Source of the DNA: Candidatus Latescibacterota bacterium
GTDB taxonomy: Bacteria; Latescibacterota; UBA2968; UBA8231
NCBI GenBank assembly: GCA_965200315.1
Contig: OZ241362.1
Coordinates: forward strand, 4,032,001 to 4,096,000
Direction: 5' to 3'
Length of the DNA stretch: 64,000 nucleotides
The notes under the pieces are model-generated. The model was not told the DNA's origin and searched no databases. It was given only the letters and a program-made list of their open reading frames with translations. The position numbers and the translations under genes were made by a program. Shown piece after piece: positions 53,478-63,116 of this stretch (the first letter of the stretch is position 1; every line of letters begins with the position of its first letter).

Positions 53478-54630
53478 TGCGCCACCTCTGTAGCAATTCA
53501 ATTAGCATATCGAGGTCGCTCCGCTGGTGCAGAACACTGAGCGCCAAGCGAATCCTCGCCCGGCCCGGCTCGACCGTCGGAGGACGAACGGCTACCGCTA
53601 GGACGCCGTTTTCTTCTAGATAGACATTCAGAGCCAGCGCCTCGCCCTCCGCACCCACCATCAGCGGCACGATCTGCGCGGTCGCCGCGCCCGTGTCCCA
53701 GCCTTGCGCCCTGAGCGCGTCGCGCAAATAGTCGGCATGGGCGAGCAATGTTCGGCGCGCTGCATCCATCTGCGGCACCAACTCTAGCGCTGCATCCACC
53801 GCGCCCAAGACAGCGGGTGGCAGCGCGGTCGTGTAGATAAACCCCGGGCAGCAGTTGACCAAGTACTCCCACAGCTTCTCGCCGCAAGCCACGTACGCCC
53901 CAAAAGACCCAAGCGCCTTGCCAAACGTGCCAACGCATACGTCCACGTCCTTGCCGCACGTCAGCCCCATTCCCCGCTCGCCCAAAACGCCCGTGGCGTG
54001 CGCTTCGTCGATGACCAGCAGCGCGTCGAATTCCCCAGCCAACTCGACGAGCGCGTCGATGTCGCTGACGTCGCCGTCCATGCTAAACACCGATTCGGTG
54101 ACAATCACCCGGCGCGAGTGCGCCGCTCCCGCGCTTTCTGCCAGCAGGGTGCGCAGGTGCTCCAAGTCGCCGTGGTGGTAGCGCCGCGTCCGACAGCGCC
54201 CCAAGACCGCTCCTTGCACCAAGCTATTGTGGCAGAGCCGGTCGAGCAGGATGAGCGCGCGCCGGTCGACCAGCGTCGGCAGCAGCGAAACGTTGGCCTG
54301 ATATCCAGAATTGAGCACCAGCGCCCGCTCGGTCTGCTTGAGTTTGGCCAAGGTCTGCTCCACCTGTGCAAAGCCCGGCTGAGAGCCACAAATCAAGCGC
54401 GCGGCCGTGGCACCGGCCCCGTAGCGCTCGGCGCACTCAATGGCCCGCGCCTGCAACAGCGGGTGCGACGCCAAGCCGAGATAGTCGTTGGAACTAAAAT
54501 TGACCAACTCGCGGCCATGGGCGCGAACGCGCACACCGCCGCACGGCTCCCAAGTTCGCAACGACCGCATCTGCCCGGCTTGTTGTCGCCGCGCCAATTC
54601 GGCGTGAATAAAATCGAATTTCGCCTGCAT
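53464..54630 (-). CDS. bioF: 8-amino-7-oxononanoate synthase
   Basis: NFSSNDYLGL, ESVFSMDGD, DEAHA, GTFGKALG, RPPTV. Confidence 0.95.
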   Translation of the reverse strand: MQAKFDFIHAELARRQQAGQMRSLRTWEPCGGVRVRAHGRELVNFSSNDYLGLASHPLLQARAIECAERYGAGATAARLICGSQPGFAQVEQTLAKLKQTERALVLNSGYQANVSLLPTLVDRRALILLDRLCHNSLVQGAVLGRCRTRRYHHGDLEHLRTLLAESAGAAHSRRVIVTESVFSMDGDVSDIDALVELAGEFDALLVIDEAHATGVLGERGMGLTCGKDVDVCVGTFGKALGSFGAYVACGEKLWEYLVNCCPGFIYTTALPPAVLGAVDAALELVPQMDAARRTLLAHADYLRDALRAQGWDTGAATAQIVPLMVGAEGEALALNVYLEENGVLAVAVRPPTVEPGRARIRLALSVLHQRSDLDMLIELLQRWRNGRR

Positions 54631-54737
54631 AAGGGTGAAGCTGTGCCAAATGGTCCGCCTAGGCAAGCTGCCTATAGACTTGCCGCACAAGGTCCGCCGC
54701 TCTATACTATCGCCTGTAAACTTGCTCCTTGGCTGCC

Positions 54738-55622
54738 ATGGCGACGACCAATAAAATTACCATTTCTTCGCTCCAGTCCAAAAAGGAGCGGGGCCAGAAG
54801 ATCTGCATGTTGACGGCCTACGACTACCCCACGGCCGCGCTGCAAGACGAAGCCGGCCTCGACGTGATCTTGGTCGGCGACTCTGTGGGCACCAACGTCT
54901 TGGGCTATCGCGGCCCGCAACAGGTGACCATGGACGACATCCTACATCACCTGCGGGCGGTGCGCCGGGCAGTGCGCCGGGCCTTTCTCCTCGCCGATCT
55001 ACCCTTCATGTCCTTTCAGCCGTCGGTCGAGACCGCGGTCAAAAACGCCGGGTGCTTGGTGCAAGAGGGCGGGGCCGAAGGCGTCAAATTAGAGGGCGGC
55101 CTGCCGGTCTTGCCCCAGCTAAAAGCCATCGTTGACGCCGGCATTCCGGTCGTCGGCCACCTCGGATTTACCCCGCAGTCCCAAGCCCGCGAATTCTACC
55201 TGTTCAGCGACCGGCGCGGCACGGTCCCCAAGTTTCACGGCAAGGGGCCAAAGGGGGCCAAAGCCCTCGTCGAGCAGGCCCTGCATTTGGAGGACGCCGG
55301 CGTGTTCTCCTTGGTTTTGGAGATGGTTACTGAAGAGGCCGCCCAAGCCGTCGCCGAGCGGCTCAAAATTCCGGTCATCGGCATCGGCGCTGGCCGCTAT
55401 TGCGACGGCCAAGTGCTTATTGTCCACGACCTCGTCGGCCTCAACAAAGAAGCCCTAATCCTGACCAAAGCCTACGGCCAAACGCGCCAAGATTGGCTCG
55501 AAATGTTCAAAACGTACTGCCGAGAAGTCGCCGAAGGCCGCTTCCCAACGGCCGAAAACACAGCGCACATGGCCCCGGAAAAACGCGCTCAACTAGACCC
55601 ATTGCTCAGCGATAACGGATAG
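54738..55622 (+). CDS. panB: 3-methyl-2-oxobutanoate hydroxymethyltransferase
   Basis: MLTAYD, LVGDS, VKLEGG, GHLGFTPQ, IGIGAG..CDGQVL. Confidence 0.95.
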   Translation: MATTNKITISSLQSKKERGQKICMLTAYDYPTAALQDEAGLDVILVGDSVGTNVLGYRGPQQVTMDDILHHLRAVRRAVRRAFLLADLPFMSFQPSVETAVKNAGCLVQEGGAEGVKLEGGLPVLPQLKAIVDAGIPVVGHLGFTPQSQAREFYLFSDRRGTVPKFHGKGPKGAKALVEQALHLEDAGVFSLVLEMVTEEAAQAVAERLKIPVIGIGAGRYCDGQVLIVHDLVGLNKEALILTKAYGQTRQDWLEMFKTYCREVAEGRFPTAENTAHMAPEKRAQLDPLLSDNG

Positions 55623-55653
55623 GATCGCTAATCCTTCGAGAGGAAAATTTCCC

Positions 55654-57156
55654 ATGCGCTTACTCTACGCTGCCGCTCTGATTTTGTTGACCACCGCCCC
55701 CACTCTAGCCCAAGATGCCGAACAAAACTGGATTCAAACAATAGACGGTCTTTTCGCCGATACCGTGTCTCTGATGGGAGGCGTTCTCTTCGCCGACCTA
55801 GGCACAAAAATTCCCCTCATCATCTGGGTGCTCGTCCTAGGCGGTATCTACTATTCGTTCTATTTCGGCTGGATCTCCCTGCGCGGGTTCCGCCACTCCA
55901 TCGATGTCATCCGCGGCCGCTACGACGACCCCAACGATCCGGGCGAAATTTCCCATTTCCAAGCCCTCACCAGCGCCCTGTCGGCTACCATCGGCCTCGG
56001 TAACATCGCCGGCGTCGCCATTGCTGTCAGCTTGGGCGGGCCGGGTGCGGTCTTCTGGATGCTCCTGACCGCCTTGTTCGGCATGTCATCCAAGCTCGCT
56101 TCCTGTACCCTAGCCGTCATGTACCGCAAAATTCACCCCGACGGCCGCATCGCCGGCGGGCCGATGTACTACCTAGAGAACGGGCTTGCTAGCAAAGGAC
56201 TCAAGTCGTTGGGCCGCGTCTTCGCCATTTTGTTCGCCATTTTTGCCATCGGTGGCGCCCTCGGCGGCGGCAACATGTTCCAAGTCAACCAGACGATCGA
56301 GATCCTCTCCACCGTATCCCCGGCTGTAGGAGACTACAACTGGGCCTTCGGCATCCTCTTCGCCTTGCTGGTTTCCTTGGTCATCATCGGCGGCATCAAA
56401 CGGATCGGCCGCGTCACCTCGCGGATCGTGCCCTTCATGTGCTTGCTCTACGTGGCCTTCTCGCTTCTCATCATCCTGTCGAACATCACCCAAGTGCCCG
56501 CCATGATCGCGACTATTTTCCGCGAAGCATTCTCGCCGCAAGCTATGTACGGAGGCTTTTTGGGCGTCCTTATCATGGGCGTCAGGCGAGCAGCCTTCTC
56601 CAATGAGGCCGGCCTTGGCTCTGCGGCCTTTGCCCACGCTGCGGCCCGCACCAACGAGCCGGCCCGCGAGGGTATGGTCGCCATGATCGGCCCGTTCATA
56701 GACACGATCGTGATATGCTTGATGACCGCTTTGGTCTGCATGATCACCGGGGTGTATACCGACCCCCAGTTCCAATCAAGCGATAGTATCGTGGGGGCCA
56801 AAATGACCGCTGCGGCCTTTGATTCATTCCTGCCTGGTGCCCGCTACGTCCTCGCCATTGGCGTCATGCTCTTTGCGTACTCGACCATGATATCGTGGTC
56901 GTACTATGGGGAGCGGGCGTGGGAGTACCTCTTTGGCAACCGCGTCGTCCTCATCTACCGGATCATCTTCGTCGGCTTCGTCTTCCTAGGCTCAATTATC
57001 ACGCTTAGGAACGTACTCAACTTTACCGATATGCTCATTTTGAGCATGGCCTTTCCCAACATCATCGGCGGCATCATCCTCAGCCCGCAGATCAAGGCGT
57101 GCCTGCAAGAGTACTGGGGCCGGCTGAAAAGCGGCCAGATGAAGCGCTACAAGTAG
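55654..57156 (+). CDS. alanine/glycine:cation symporter (AGCS) family
   Basis: ALSATIGLGNIAGVA, GGPGAVFWM, GGPMYY, FSNEAGLGS. Confidence 0.93.
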   Translation: MRLLYAAALILLTTAPTLAQDAEQNWIQTIDGLFADTVSLMGGVLFADLGTKIPLIIWVLVLGGIYYSFYFGWISLRGFRHSIDVIRGRYDDPNDPGEISHFQALTSALSATIGLGNIAGVAIAVSLGGPGAVFWMLLTALFGMSSKLASCTLAVMYRKIHPDGRIAGGPMYYLENGLASKGLKSLGRVFAILFAIFAIGGALGGGNMFQVNQTIEILSTVSPAVGDYNWAFGILFALLVSLVIIGGIKRIGRVTSRIVPFMCLLYVAFSLLIILSNITQVPAMIATIFREAFSPQAMYGGFLGVLIMGVRRAAFSNEAGLGSAAFAHAAARTNEPAREGMVAMIGPFIDTIVICLMTALVCMITGVYTDPQFQSSDSIVGAKMTAAAFDSFLPGARYVLAIGVMLFAYSTMISWSYYGERAWEYLFGNRVVLIYRIIFVGFVFLGSIITLRNVLNFTDMLILSMAFPNIIGGIILSPQIKACLQEYWGRLKSGQMKRYK

Positions 57157-57159
57157 AGT

Positions 57160-58953
57160 TCAGGGAGCGTCTCCACCTTCCAACCACTCGCGGTCTGCGG
57201 CCAAGTAAATCTCCTCGACCTCCAAGTCGGCAAAGGCCGCAGACCAGCGCTGCCAATCCGCCCGCTCCTCCTGTTCCTGCACCCGCAGCCGAGCCACAAA
57301 GGCAAAGCGATTGAGCGCGAACGTCAGGGTGGTGACCTTGCCCCCCCTCAGATCGACCTCCACCTGTTGGGTCTGCCCGCCATAGCTCAACTCGACCCAG
57401 TGCCGACCAGACGGCAGATTGTGGAAAAGCAATCCCTGATAGCCGCGCTTGAGCAATTCGAGCGAGTAGCGGCCGTCCAAGCGCACGGTGATATCCTCTG
57501 TGATCTCGTTGCCGATGGGGGCCAACACCAAGGCCAACCAAGCGTCTAGATCGTCGAATAGCAACTCGTCGGCGGCGGCGGTGGTGATGGCCAGCGGAGC
57601 CTCTTGCACCATGGCCACGGGCCTTTGGCCCGGCATCCAAGCCGGCGGTGGCAATTGGGGTGTGATGCCGCTTTTGCGCGTCAGCGCATAGACCAAGATA
57701 TTGGTCCCCGCCATCAGTGCGTAGGTCGTCGGCTGCGTGCTTTCTCCTTCTGTGTTGAAGCTGGCCTGCCAATAATTCCCCAACCATAAGTCGCTCAGCA
57801 CAGCCACCAATTCGCCGTCCAACTCGACTCCCCACAGTCCTTCTGGCGGTGGCAACCCTTCACCCACAGCACTGGGCCCGGAGCCGGTGGCCGCTTGTGC
57901 TTCCTGCAAGGCCAAAGTCTCATAGCGATTGTTGACTGGATAAGACCAAGAGGGATTGTCTCCGGCGTCCTCAATGCGCGATTTGTCCTCTCCGGGAAAG
58001 CCGCCGCCGAACTCGTAAAAGGAGTGATATATCGGATGTGAGGTCGGAATGGGTGCCAAGCGCGCCTCAGGCCCCAAAATTTCGCGCATCTGGTCCTTCA
58101 TTTCGCGCAAATAGAGGTTGGTCCGGCGGCTGGTACCCTCGATAAACAGGAACCCTCCCCCGCGCAGATAGCGGCCCAAAAGCGCCTTTTCCTCCGGGCT
58201 GAACTTGGTCAGGACATTCTCGTCGTACGCAGACAAGGAGTCTTCAAAGAAGAAGTGGATGGGATCCTTGAGCAGTTGCTCCGACAGGAAGTACTCGTAG
58301 GTCTTGTCCCTCACCTGCGCCAGTAAGTGGGTATGGTCGCGCACGTAGCGGCTCAGGGCGTCCAGCACCCCCCGACCCGAACCAGCCCCATAGACTCGTA
58401 ACTGGGTAAAGTTCACGTAGCCAGACAAGTCGCGCCGAGTCGCCCGACTGGGGATGATGGCGGCGTGATCTTTGTTGGCCCGTGCCATGTCCTCTATCCG
58501 CAACAGATCCATCGAGGCAACGCCCATGCTATCGGCCAAACCCAACGACGAAGGCGAGATCATCTTTTCGCGCTCCAAAATTGGTTCATCTTCCTTCGCA
58601 CCGATGGCCGTCTCGCCCAACGCCAAAGGGGCCATCGGTGTATCTATCTCGGGCGGAGTCGTCTCGCTTTCTAGATTGGGGTCGCGGACAGCCACGGGCG
58701 GCTGGTCGGCCCGCAGATACTCCATCTCCACTTTCAACGCCTCTACGTCCAAGCGAGGCAGGGGAGTCAGGCGGCGGGGCTTAAACTGCGGCGGGATGCG
58801 GGCGAGGCGCACGCGAAAGGCCTCTGCGTCCAATTCGTCGCGCCACAGGTGATCTCCTAGGTAAAGCGCGGTGAGATGCAGCAGCAGCGACGCTAGCAAA
58901 CAAATATAGGCGGTTCTATGTCTATGCACTGAGAGCCTCTCTTTCTGCGCCAA
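57160..58953 (-). CDS. membrane-anchored DUF4159-domain protein
   Basis: N-terminal TM (SLLLHL), Pro-rich stalk, YL.GGGFLFI, IP..HPIYHSFY.F, GTNILVYAL, beta-rich C-terminal domain. TTG start is uncertain. Confidence 0.7.
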   Translation of the reverse strand: MAQKERLSVHRHRTAYICLLASLLLHLTALYLGDHLWRDELDAEAFRVRLARIPPQFKPRRLTPLPRLDVEALKVEMEYLRADQPPVAVRDPNLESETTPPEIDTPMAPLALGETAIGAKEDEPILEREKMISPSSLGLADSMGVASMDLLRIEDMARANKDHAAIIPSRATRRDLSGYVNFTQLRVYGAGSGRGVLDALSRYVRDHTHLLAQVRDKTYEYFLSEQLLKDPIHFFFEDSLSAYDENVLTKFSPEEKALLGRYLRGGGFLFIEGTSRRTNLYLREMKDQMREILGPEARLAPIPTSHPIYHSFYEFGGGFPGEDKSRIEDAGDNPSWSYPVNNRYETLALQEAQAATGSGPSAVGEGLPPPEGLWGVELDGELVAVLSDLWLGNYWQASFNTEGESTQPTTYALMAGTNILVYALTRKSGITPQLPPPAWMPGQRPVAMVQEAPLAITTAAADELLFDDLDAWLALVLAPIGNEITEDITVRLDGRYSLELLKRGYQGLLFHNLPSGRHWVELSYGGQTQQVEVDLRGGKVTTLTFALNRFAFVARLRVQEQEERADWQRWSAAFADLEVEEIYLAADREWLEGGDAP

Positions 58954-59156
58954 TCAGTGCGTACGAGTGGCAGTATGGCAGTATTATAATATAACTGATT
59001 GTAACAAAACGGTTTTTTGCCAAGAAAACACGTGCTTGTTATCTTTTTCGACTTGAAACGGGTGGCTTAGGATTGTCAGTACTCCCTCCGCGGCGGCCTC
59101 CCCTTGCTACTGCAAGAGGAGCGGATTGACAACTACGCAAAGGAATTGTTTCAGCC

Positions 59157-61817
59157 ATGAGCAACGCCCAAGAAATACAAGCCGAAATAAGCGAGTGGCT
59201 CGAATCCCTCGATTACGTGTTAGCCCATAGGGCGCCTGCGCAGGTCCTCAAGCTCCTGCAACAGCTCCAAGCCCACGCCGCAGAAGCCGGCGTCGGCACG
59301 CCTTTCAGCGTCAATACGCCCTACATCAACACCATTTCCCGCGATCAGCAACCCCCCTATCCGGGTAGCCGCGAGATCGAGCGGCGGATCAAAAGCATCG
59401 TGCGCTGGAACGCCATGGCCATGGTCGTGCGCGCCAATCGCGACCACTCCAACCTCGGCGGCCACATCTCGACCTACGCCTCTTCAGCCACCCTCTACGA
59501 GGTCGGCTACAACCACTTTTTCCGCGCCCCCAGCAACGGCCATTCCGGCGACCAAATATACTTTCAAGGGCACGCTGCTCCCGGCATGTACGCCCGCGCC
59601 TTTCTCGAAGGGCGTCTCAACGAACACCAGCTCGAAAACTTCCGCCGCGAGTTGCAAGAAGGCGGTGGTCTCGCCTCCTATCCGCATCCTTGGCTGATGC
59701 CGGACTTTTGGCAGTTCCCAACCGTGTCTATGGGCCTAGGGCCAATCCTTTCGATCTATCAGGCGCGCTTCAACCGCTATCTCGAAAACCGAGGCCTCAA
59801 GCCCGTTGACGACAGCAAAGTGTGGGCCTTTTTAGGCGATGGCGAGTGCGACGAGCCTGAGAGCTTGGGGGCGCTCACCCTTGCTGCACGCGAACAGCTC
59901 AACAACCTCATCTGGGTCGTCAACTGCAACCTACAGCGCCTCGACGGCCCGGTGCGCGGCAATGGCAAGATAATACAAGAACTCGAAGCGGTCTTCCGCG
60001 GCGCTGGCTGGAACGTCATCAAGGTGATCTGGGGCGACGACTGGGATCCGCTCTTGGAACAGGACACCGACGGCAGCTTGGCCCAGCGCATGAACGAGGT
60101 CGTCGATGGCCAGTACCAGAAATACTCGGTCTCCGACGGCAGCTACATCCGCCACGACTTCTTCGGCACCGACCCAAAACTAGCTGCCATGGTCGAGGCC
60201 TACTCGGACGAACAACTCCAGAAAATGCGGCGCGGCGGCCACGATCCAGAAAAGGTCTATGCCGCCTACCAGCAAGCCATCGCCGACAAAAGCGCACCCA
60301 CCGTCATCCTCGCCAAGACCATCAAGGGCTACGGCATGGGCGAAGCCGGCGAGGGCAAGAACATCACCCATCAGCAAAAAAAGCTCAACGAGGACGAGAT
60401 CCGCCTTTTCCGCACCCGCTTCGGCATCCCCATCTCGGACGACGAGGTCGCGGAGACGCCGTTTTACCGCCCCCCAGACGACAGCCCAGAAATCCAGTAC
60501 ATCCGTCAGCGGCGAGAAAGCCTCGGCGGTTACGTACCCCAGCGGCAGATCACGGCCCCGCCACTGACCATGCCGCCGGAAACGCTGTGGGACGAATTCA
60601 AAAAGAGCTCGGTCAAGCGCGCGTTTGCCACGACCATGGCCTTTGTCGCGGTCATGCGCAAACTCATGCAAGACAAGCAAATCGGCAAATTAGTCGTCCC
60701 TATCGTCCCCGACGAATCGCGCACCTTCGGCATGGAGCCGCTCTTCCGCCAGTTCGGAATCTATTCGAGCCTAGGCCAGCTATACGAGCCGGTTGACAAA
60801 GACGTCATCACCTACTACAAAGAGGCCAAAGACGGCCAGATACTCGAAGAGGGCATCACCGAGGCCGGCTCTATGTCCTCCTTTATCGCGGCCGGCTCGG
60901 CCTATGCTACCCACGGCATCAACACCATCCCCTTCTTCATCTACTACTCAATGTTCGGGATGCAGCGGATCGGCGATTTGGTTTGGCTAGCCGGCGACAT
61001 GCGGGTCAAGGGCTTCATGGTCGGCGGCACGGCCGGGCGCACCACGCTCAACGGCGAGGGGCTGCAACACGAGGACGGGCACAGCCACCTCTTGGCCTAT
61101 CCCGTACCCAATCTCGAAGCCTACGATCCGGCCTTCGGCTACGAAATCGCCGTCATCATCCGCGAGGGTATCCGCCGCATGTATGTCGAGCAGGAGGACG
61201 TGTTCTACTACCTGACGGTCGAAAACGACATCTATCCCATGCCGGAGATGCCCGACGGCGTCGAAGAAGGCATTCTCAAGGGCCTGTACAAGTTCAAGCC
61301 CTCGGCCAAGAAACGCACCCGTCTCAAGGCCCACCTCTTCGGCAGCGGCGCGATCATCAATAGCGCCCTCAAAGCTCAGGCCCTCCTCGAAGAAAAATAC
61401 CGAGTCAGCGCGGATGTCTGGAGCATCACTAGCTACAAGGCCCTGCACCGCGACGCCCTCGACGCCGAGCGTTGGAACCGTATGCACCCCGGCGAAAAGC
61501 CCCGTCTCAGCTACATCGAACAATGCCTCGCCAAGGAGCGCGGCGTATACATCATGGCCTCGGATTACGTCAAGGCCCTCCCGGAATCCATTGCCCGCTG
61601 GTTTCCCAACCCGCCCGTCTCCCTCGGCACCGATGGCTTCGGCCGTAGCGAAACCCGCGAGGCCCTGCGCGATCACTTTGAGGTTGATTATCGCTTTATC
61701 GCCCTAGGTGCCTTGAGCGCGCTGGCGCGCGAGGGGCAGATCGAATGCGACGTAGTCGTCCAAGCCATGCAAGACCTAAAGATCGATCCAGCAAGACCCA
61801 ATCCCATTTACCTGTGA
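59157..61817 (+). CDS. aceE: pyruvate dehydrogenase E1, homodimeric type
   Basis: GGHISTY, PTVSMGLGP, GDGE.DE, NCNLQRLDGPV, GEGLQH.DG. Confidence 0.97.
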   Translation: MSNAQEIQAEISEWLESLDYVLAHRAPAQVLKLLQQLQAHAAEAGVGTPFSVNTPYINTISRDQQPPYPGSREIERRIKSIVRWNAMAMVVRANRDHSNLGGHISTYASSATLYEVGYNHFFRAPSNGHSGDQIYFQGHAAPGMYARAFLEGRLNEHQLENFRRELQEGGGLASYPHPWLMPDFWQFPTVSMGLGPILSIYQARFNRYLENRGLKPVDDSKVWAFLGDGECDEPESLGALTLAAREQLNNLIWVVNCNLQRLDGPVRGNGKIIQELEAVFRGAGWNVIKVIWGDDWDPLLEQDTDGSLAQRMNEVVDGQYQKYSVSDGSYIRHDFFGTDPKLAAMVEAYSDEQLQKMRRGGHDPEKVYAAYQQAIADKSAPTVILAKTIKGYGMGEAGEGKNITHQQKKLNEDEIRLFRTRFGIPISDDEVAETPFYRPPDDSPEIQYIRQRRESLGGYVPQRQITAPPLTMPPETLWDEFKKSSVKRAFATTMAFVAVMRKLMQDKQIGKLVVPIVPDESRTFGMEPLFRQFGIYSSLGQLYEPVDKDVITYYKEAKDGQILEEGITEAGSMSSFIAAGSAYATHGINTIPFFIYYSMFGMQRIGDLVWLAGDMRVKGFMVGGTAGRTTLNGEGLQHEDGHSHLLAYPVPNLEAYDPAFGYEIAVIIREGIRRMYVEQEDVFYYLTVENDIYPMPEMPDGVEEGILKGLYKFKPSAKKRTRLKAHLFGSGAIINSALKAQALLEEKYRVSADVWSITSYKALHRDALDAERWNRMHPGEKPRLSYIEQCLAKERGVYIMASDYVKALPESIARWFPNPPVSLGTDGFGRSETREALRDHFEVDYRFIALGALSALAREGQIECDVVVQAMQDLKIDPARPNPIYL

Positions 61818-61831
61818 GTTTAGAGCACCCC

Positions 61832-63109
61832 ATGCCCTTACAATTTGCTTTGCCCGACTTGGGAGAAAACATCGAAAGTGGCGATGTAATCCGCATCCTC
61901 GTCGCCGTCGGCGACCACCTCGCCGAAGACCAGACCGTCATCGAGCTTGAAACCGATAAGGCCGTCATTGAGGTGCCCTCCTCCATAGACGGCACCGTTA
62001 CCGAAATTCTCGTCCAACAAGGCGACACTATCGCTGTCGGACAGCCCATCCTCGAAGTCGAGGCGGCCGCAGCCGAGGCTCTAACTGTCGAGGAGACATC
62101 CCCCGCGCCTGAACCGGCGACAGCGGAACCGGCCTCTACCCCGCCCCCACAAGAACAAGCGATCGCCCCGGTTGTCGAAGAAGATCCTCCCGCGCCTACG
62201 CCTACTTCTCCAGACGGCCCCGTCCCAGCCGCGCCATCGACCCGCCGCCTAGCCCGCGAGATCGGTGTCGATATCGCGCAGGTCCAAGGCACGGGGCCGG
62301 GCGGCAGGATCTCAATCGACGACGTCAAGGCGCACTCAAAAAAGCTGCACGCAACGCGAGCGGCTACCCCAGCCGCAGCCGCCTCGCTGCCCGACTTCAG
62401 CCAGTGGGGTGCTGTCGAGCGCCAGCCCATGACCAAAGTGCGCGAGATAACCGCCGAGCGCCTTGCGCAGGCTTGGGCCACCATCCCGCAGGTCACCCAG
62501 TTCGATAAAGCCGACATCACCAGCTTGGAAAAGTGGCGCGCAGCATACGGCAAGAAAGCCGAGGCAGCCGGCGGCAAGCTGACGCCAACCGCGATCCTCA
62601 TCAAAGTACTCGGCATCGCCCTCAAGGTCTTCCCGCAGTTTAACGCCAGCATCGACGTGGCCCAGCGGGAAGTCGTGTACAAACGCTACTTCCACATCGG
62701 CATTGCCGTCGATACCCCTCACGGCCTGCTCGTGCCGGTGGTGCGCGACGTGGATCAAAAGAACATCATCGATCTAGCGGTAGAGCTGAGCGAACTGGCG
62801 CAAAAGACGCGCGAGCGCAAGATCGGGCCGGCCGACATGCAGGGCGGCTCCATGACCATCAGCAATGTCGGCACCATGGGCGGCACGGCCTTCACGCCCA
62901 TCGTCAATCCGCCCGAAGTGGCCATCCTCGGCGTGGCGCGCTCGCAAGTCGAACCCACGTATATCGACGGCCAGCTTGAGCCGCGCACCCACCTCCCCCT
63001 GTCGCTGTCCTACGATCACCGCCTGATCGACGGGGCCGATGGCGCGCGCTTCCTCCGCTGGGTCTGCACAGCATTGGAAGATCCCTTTATCGCGCTCTTG
63101 GAAGGCTGA
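61832..63109 (+). CDS. aceF: dihydrolipoamide acetyltransferase E2 (single lipoyl domain)
   Basis: ETDKA, GTGPGGRI, YDHRLIDG. Confidence 0.95.
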   Translation: MPLQFALPDLGENIESGDVIRILVAVGDHLAEDQTVIELETDKAVIEVPSSIDGTVTEILVQQGDTIAVGQPILEVEAAAAEALTVEETSPAPEPATAEPASTPPPQEQAIAPVVEEDPPAPTPTSPDGPVPAAPSTRRLAREIGVDIAQVQGTGPGGRISIDDVKAHSKKLHATRAATPAAAASLPDFSQWGAVERQPMTKVREITAERLAQAWATIPQVTQFDKADITSLEKWRAAYGKKAEAAGGKLTPTAILIKVLGIALKVFPQFNASIDVAQREVVYKRYFHIGIAVDTPHGLLVPVVRDVDQKNIIDLAVELSELAQKTRERKIGPADMQGGSMTISNVGTMGGTAFTPIVNPPEVAILGVARSQVEPTYIDGQLEPRTHLPLSLSYDHRLIDGADGARFLRWVCTALEDPFIALLEG

Positions 63110-63116
63110 GGCAGCT

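Noticed and set aside
54715-54721. TGTAAAC as a BirA operator half-site
   Set aside because: No matching second half-site at the expected spacing.
59115-59125. GAGGAGCG resembling the SAH riboswitch core
   Set aside because: The downstream CAGGCUC and pseudoknot elements are missing, and the gene context does not fit.
61696-62682. Long antisense ORFs (here and at 22721-23584, 53998-54813 and others)
   Set aside because: Shadow frames of GC-rich genes with no protein-like motifs.
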